Assembly (NCBI GenBank): GCA_964510585.1
Contig: CAZECW010000002.1
Span: 1-11,099, forward strand
DNA from: an uncultured archaeon
Lineage (GTDB): Archaea > Asgardarchaeota > Jordiarchaeia > Jordiarchaeales > Jordiarchaeaceae
Reading direction: 5' to 3'
DNA length: 11,099 nt
Shown: positions 7,466 to 11,099 of the stretch, piece after piece
How positions within the stretch are numbered: position 1 is the first letter of the stretch
How the letters are laid out: the number at the start of each line of letters is the position of its first letter
The notes under the pieces: generated by a model
The model's input: the letters and a program-made list of their open reading frames with translations, nothing else
What the model was told of the DNA's origin: nothing
The model's database searches: none
Made by a program: the position numbers and the translations under genes

Positions 7466-8929
7466 TTAAATTACTTCCATGTATCTTTTGAAGGCTTCAT
7501 CCCATTGCGACGCATTTTCAGGCCTATACATTCTTGGTTTAAACGAGTTTCGCACAATTTTCCGAATAGTGTGCAGGGAAACTTTATCGCGTAATGCGCA
7601 AGCTTGGGTTAGAATGTTTCCTATCGCCGTTGCTTCAATTGGACCAGCATAAACTGGGAGATTCAGTGCATCAGCAACATATTGGCAGAACAACTCGTTC
7701 CGAGAGCCGCCTCCAATAATATAAACCTCCTCCAAAGAACTCCCCAAAAGACTTTTTAGTCCCTCAAAAACCTCTCTATGCCTCAAAGCCAAGCTTTCAA
7801 GAATACAACGCACAATCTCACCACGCTTCCTAGGAGGCTCCTGCCCTGTTCGCCTACAAAAGTTTTGGATAGCTTCAGGCATACTCTGAGGATTAAGGAA
7901 AATAGGATCATCAGGATTAACGAAACATCTAAATTCCGGGCACTCCTGTGACTCCCGAATCAGCTCCCCATAAGATACATCAGTTCCCAATTTCCATTTT
8001 CTTATACATTCCTGAAGAAGCCAGAAGCCCGTAATGTTTTTCAAAAACCTAATAGTTTTTTCCACGCCTACCTCATTGGCAAACCCTACCCTCAGAACAT
8101 TCTCGTCAACGAGGGGTTTGGATAGTTCGGTTCCCATAAGAGACCAGGTGCCTGAACTTATAAAGAGAAATTTCTTATCCCCTGCGGGTGCAGCTGCCAC
8201 AGCAGCGGCGGTATCATGGCAGGGAGGCGTAGTAACAAGTGTCCCTCTCAGTCCCAACTCACCTTTCAGTTGATCAGCCAACTCTCCGAGAACCGTTCCG
8301 GGTGGAACTATTTTTTGGAACCAGCGGGGGTTGAATCTCAGTTTCTCTATAAGGGGCCAACACCAATCATGCTTAAATACATCGTAAATCTGAGTAGTGC
8401 TTGCCAAAGTCATCTCTGAGACAGATTTTCCGGAAAGTAGGTAGTTGAAGAAGTCGGCAATCATAAGAATCTTATCAGTGATAGATGCCACGGGAGTTTT
8501 ACTCATCGCATAGAGCTGGTAAATAGTGTTTATCCTCATAAACTGAATTCCAGTATAAGAGAAAATCTCCTCTCTCGGAACCAACTTTAGTACCTCTTCC
8601 ATAACGCCCTCAGTTCTGGAGTCCCTATAATGCCTGGGGTTACTCACAAGTTCACCCCTTGCATCTAGTGGAGCATAGTCAACACCCCAGCTGTCAACCC
8701 CCAAACTGGCTATTTCCCCCCCACAAATCTGAACACAACGACATAAACCTTCCCTAATCTCATCGTAGAATCTTAAAACATCCCAATAAAGCCCCCCAAA
8801 CAAGCGTGTACCCTCTGTTCTAAACCTGTAAATCTCCTCCAAAGTCAGCCTATTACCCGACCAGTCTAACCTGCCCAACATCAGTCTCCCAGAACTAGCA
8901 CCCATATCCACAGCAACAAAATTCTCCAA
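7466..8929 (-). CDS. rhaB: Rhamnulokinase (FGGY carbohydrate kinase family)
   Basis: AVDMGASSGR, LYWD, GVDSWGVDY, YRDSRT, TGIQFMRINTIYQL, CHDTAAAV, ISSGTWSLMGTE, RFLKNITGFWLLQEC, GGGSRN, AGPIEATAIGN. TTG start with GGTGG at 8936-8940. Confidence 0.9.
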   Translation of the reverse strand: MENFVAVDMGASSGRLMLGRLDWSGNRLTLEEIYRFRTEGTRLFGGLYWDVLRFYDEIREGLCRCVQICGGEIASLGVDSWGVDYAPLDARGELVSNPRHYRDSRTEGVMEEVLKLVPREEIFSYTGIQFMRINTIYQLYAMSKTPVASITDKILMIADFFNYLLSGKSVSEMTLASTTQIYDVFKHDWCWPLIEKLRFNPRWFQKIVPPGTVLGELADQLKGELGLRGTLVTTPPCHDTAAAVAAAPAGDKKFLFISSGTWSLMGTELSKPLVDENVLRVGFANEVGVEKTIRFLKNITGFWLLQECIRKWKLGTDVSYGELIRESQECPEFRCFVNPDDPIFLNPQSMPEAIQNFCRRTGQEPPRKRGEIVRCILESLALRHREVFEGLKSLLGSSLEEVYIIGGGSRNELFCQYVADALNLPVYAGPIEATAIGNILTQACALRDKVSLHTIRKIVRNSFKPRMYRPENASQWDEAFKRYMEVI

Positions 8930-8990
8930 TGAAATCCACCCAAAACACTAAATTGGAGAAAACCCCCTTTAATAGATTCCGCCCCCAAAC

Positions 8991-9027
8991 TAAAAAATAA
9001 AAAATAAAAAATAAAAAAAAGAAAAAA
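8991..9027 (-). terminator. (TTTTTTA)x4 oligo-T terminator/short tandem repeat downstream of the surface glycoprotein gene
   Basis: Plus strand TAAAAAA repeated four times from 8991, continuing as A-tracts to 9027; about 40 nt downstream of the stop at 9067. Confidence 0.6.
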
Positions 9028-9066
9028 TAGAGGAAAAAGGCCTTTACCCTTGCCAGCCGCGCATTT

Positions 9067-10215
9067 TTATCTTCTTCTAGCCAAAACTACTGCTACGCCT
9101 AACAGCAATAAGGCGGCAGCGGCTATCCCACCGTAGAGTAGTATTTTTGAAGTTGCTTGAGCCGCATAACCTAAATATATGGCTGCAAATGTTAGTATCA
9201 TAGGTAGGTAGTTTGGTTCAAGCAGAGCAAAGTATGGATCTATGTATATATTACCGTCGCTGAAATCTTCGTAAGAGAAAGCAATATTGATAGTCAGTGT
9301 TTCATTGTTTAGACTGAATGTTGAATTGCTATGGCATGGGTCATGGGTACTGTTGTATGCACCGTTAAACCAGCTGAACTCGGCAACTGGGATTCCCCAA
9401 GAATCAATGAATTCAACTTCAGAAACATCTTCATTCAGTGAGGGAACAAGTCCGCTTCCACCATTTGCTACAACTGCCCCCTCAGCCCACCGGTAGCGAT
9501 ACTGAAGGGAGTCACCGAGACATGAGTGCAGAGTTATCACCAAGGCTAGAAATCTAGAACTATAAGGGTTCTCTACAGTTTCTCCCTGCCATTGATAACT
9601 TGTGATATTCAATTCGAATTTTAAGGATGAAAGCTTCGGAACTGTGACGCTGGAGTCGCCGAACGAAACTTTTTGTGATTCAAAGTACAATAAAATGCCA
9701 AAAGCAAGGTTGAAGGCTCCTGTCTTTTCTGTTCCCTCTATGGAAATCTTGATGTATTCAAAAAGTGGAGGCATTTGTTGTATCAGAGGGCCCAACTCTA
9801 TGGTTAATTTATTCCAATTAACATCGGTGGCCAAATTGTATTCTTTTAGAACGTTGTCTGTTCTATTATCACTATTATCATAGCATTGGTTATTGTTGGT
9901 GTCGTTGAATTCTACTAGTCTTGCAAAGTTTAAGCCGAACCTACTGTTCGCTAGTGCTCTGTGGGTGAAATTGCAAGAAACGAAACTTTGAGAGAGGTTG
10001 CACATAAACATACCCGTGAAAAAGGATCTAGTGTTGTTGTTGAACCAAGAATCCCACCAGTCGAGTGATTCTATTGATTTTTCTGGTTTGCTAGGCTCCG
10101 CTGTTGGGAGGCTTACTGTTGCTGTGGCTGGTGTTGTAAGTGCTGGTAGGGCTATAACTAGTGCAAATAGTGCTAACATTGCTATAGTTGATGCCAGTAT
10201 CATCTTTCTTTTCAT
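9067..10215 (-). CDS. Secreted, C-terminally membrane-anchored cell-surface glycoprotein, function unknown
   Basis: Basic plus hydrophobic signal peptide (MKRKMILASTIAMLALFALVIALP), Thr/Pro linker, nine N-x-S/T sequons, beta-rich-looking core, C-terminal hydrophobic helices ending ARRR. GGGTGA RBS at 10222-10227. Confidence 0.8.
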   Translation of the reverse strand: MKRKMILASTIAMLALFALVIALPALTTPATATVSLPTAEPSKPEKSIESLDWWDSWFNNNTRSFFTGMFMCNLSQSFVSCNFTHRALANSRFGLNFARLVEFNDTNNNQCYDNSDNRTDNVLKEYNLATDVNWNKLTIELGPLIQQMPPLFEYIKISIEGTEKTGAFNLAFGILLYFESQKVSFGDSSVTVPKLSSLKFELNITSYQWQGETVENPYSSRFLALVITLHSCLGDSLQYRYRWAEGAVVANGGSGLVPSLNEDVSEVEFIDSWGIPVAEFSWFNGAYNSTHDPCHSNSTFSLNNETLTINIAFSYEDFSDGNIYIDPYFALLEPNYLPMILTFAAIYLGYAAQATSKILLYGGIAAAALLLLGVAVVLARRR

Positions 10216-10414
10216 TTTTATTCACCCAATTTTTTGGGGAACCTTGTTTAGGAAGGTGTTATTAAAAATTTTCAGTGAACCATTTACTTTGTAACAAAAG
10301 GAGGTTTTATTAAGCCTGAAAAATTGTAAAGGAGGTTTACTATGGTTTATAACTGTTCAAAAATTTGGAAAAAAACCTTTTTTGAAAATTAATCCCCTTA
10401 AAAACGAGTAATTT

Positions 10415-10897
10415 TTAGGACTTTAGCGCGTCGCATATTTCCTGCAGTGTTTTTTGGTCGATTTGGTCTAGCTTGACGCTTATGGCTTTCGCAATTTTCA
10501 TGCCTTTGCTCAGTAATTTATTTTGGAGGCTCTTGGTGAAGTTCGCTTTGCCCATGCCCGAAGAGACAAAGATCACTGCTTTTTTGCCCTTAGCCTTCTC
10601 CAGCTTGTCAATAAAGGTGTTCACTGGTGGTGCAATTGTGAAGTACCATATTGGAGAGCCAATGACTAGTGCATCGTACTTATCCATATTTTTGGTGGCT
10701 TTAATTTCTGGTTTCCTCCTGAGTATGCAGTCAAAAGTAATGCGGGGGTTGAGGTGTAAGAGTCCACTGCTGTACTCTTTTGTCATCTCGATTCTGAACA
10801 TTTCCACTTTTCCAAGGGGTTCAATTATTTTCTGAATTTTCTTGGCTATCCTCTCGGTATTTCCAGTCTTGGAATAGTAGGCTAGTAGAACCTCCAA
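10415..10897 (-). CDS. Flavodoxin-like protein
   Basis: FMN phosphate loop YYSKTGNTERIA, YDALVIGSPIWY, KGKKAVIFVSSG. TTG start with GGTGGTGA RBS around 10904-10911. Confidence 0.88.
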   Translation of the reverse strand: MEVLLAYYSKTGNTERIAKKIQKIIEPLGKVEMFRIEMTKEYSSGLLHLNPRITFDCILRRKPEIKATKNMDKYDALVIGSPIWYFTIAPPVNTFIDKLEKAKGKKAVIFVSSGMGKANFTKSLQNKLLSKGMKIAKAISVKLDQIDQKTLQEICDALKS

Positions 10898-11099
10898 AAT
10901 AAATCACCACCCATAATTCTTCAAAAAACATTTTCGCGTTTCCCAATTTAACTTTTTCACCGTAAACGGAAAGTATATGTTTTGGGCCACCGCACTCCTT
11001 AAATCGACGCAAGCGAACTAGATTTTCGTGTGCAAAAAGCAACAAGACCCAGAACTTGAAAACAAGCCCAACAAAAGGATCACAATAAACCACATCTTC

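Noticed and set aside
3987..10835. Other short overlapping ORFs within the S8, isomerase, kinase, glycoprotein and flavodoxin genes
   Set aside because: Alternate-frame or antisense shadows with no independent evidence.
10821..11099. 90-aa minus-strand ORF, and a possible plus-strand ORF starting near 11028
   Set aside because: The first overlaps the flavodoxin start and RBS; the second is truncated at the edge and too short to assess.
1..11099. CRISPR array, tRNA or rRNA
   Set aside because: No regularly spaced direct repeats, cloverleaf or rRNA-like sequence seen; the only repeats are short A/T tracts.

Overview
Archaeal-looking window (GGTG-type ribosome-binding sites, TATA-like promoter, oligo-T terminators, RadA/PolB-type genes); the lineage cannot be fixed from sequence alone. 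Left edge: right end of an IS200/IS605 (TnpB-type) element with a structured reRNA/omega-RNA-like scaffold ending in TCAA at 141. Next is a tightly coupled three-gene operon (423-3710): a RadA/Rad51-fold protein with no Walker A, a 97-aa helical protein, and a PolB2-type family B DNA polymerase. The polymerase has degenerate proofreading motifs but keeps its catalytic aspartates, so the operon is a candidate archaeal ImuABC-like damage-tolerance/mutasome cassette. It is followed by a polytopic membrane protein fused to an atypical subtilase (S8) domain. On the minus strand are a xylose-isomerase-like TIM barrel, a rhamnulokinase, a single-chain surface glycoprotein with possible resemblance to eukaryotic lysosomal GLMP/NCU-G1, and a flavodoxin-like protein. 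All family calls come from motif recognition by eye; no searches were run.
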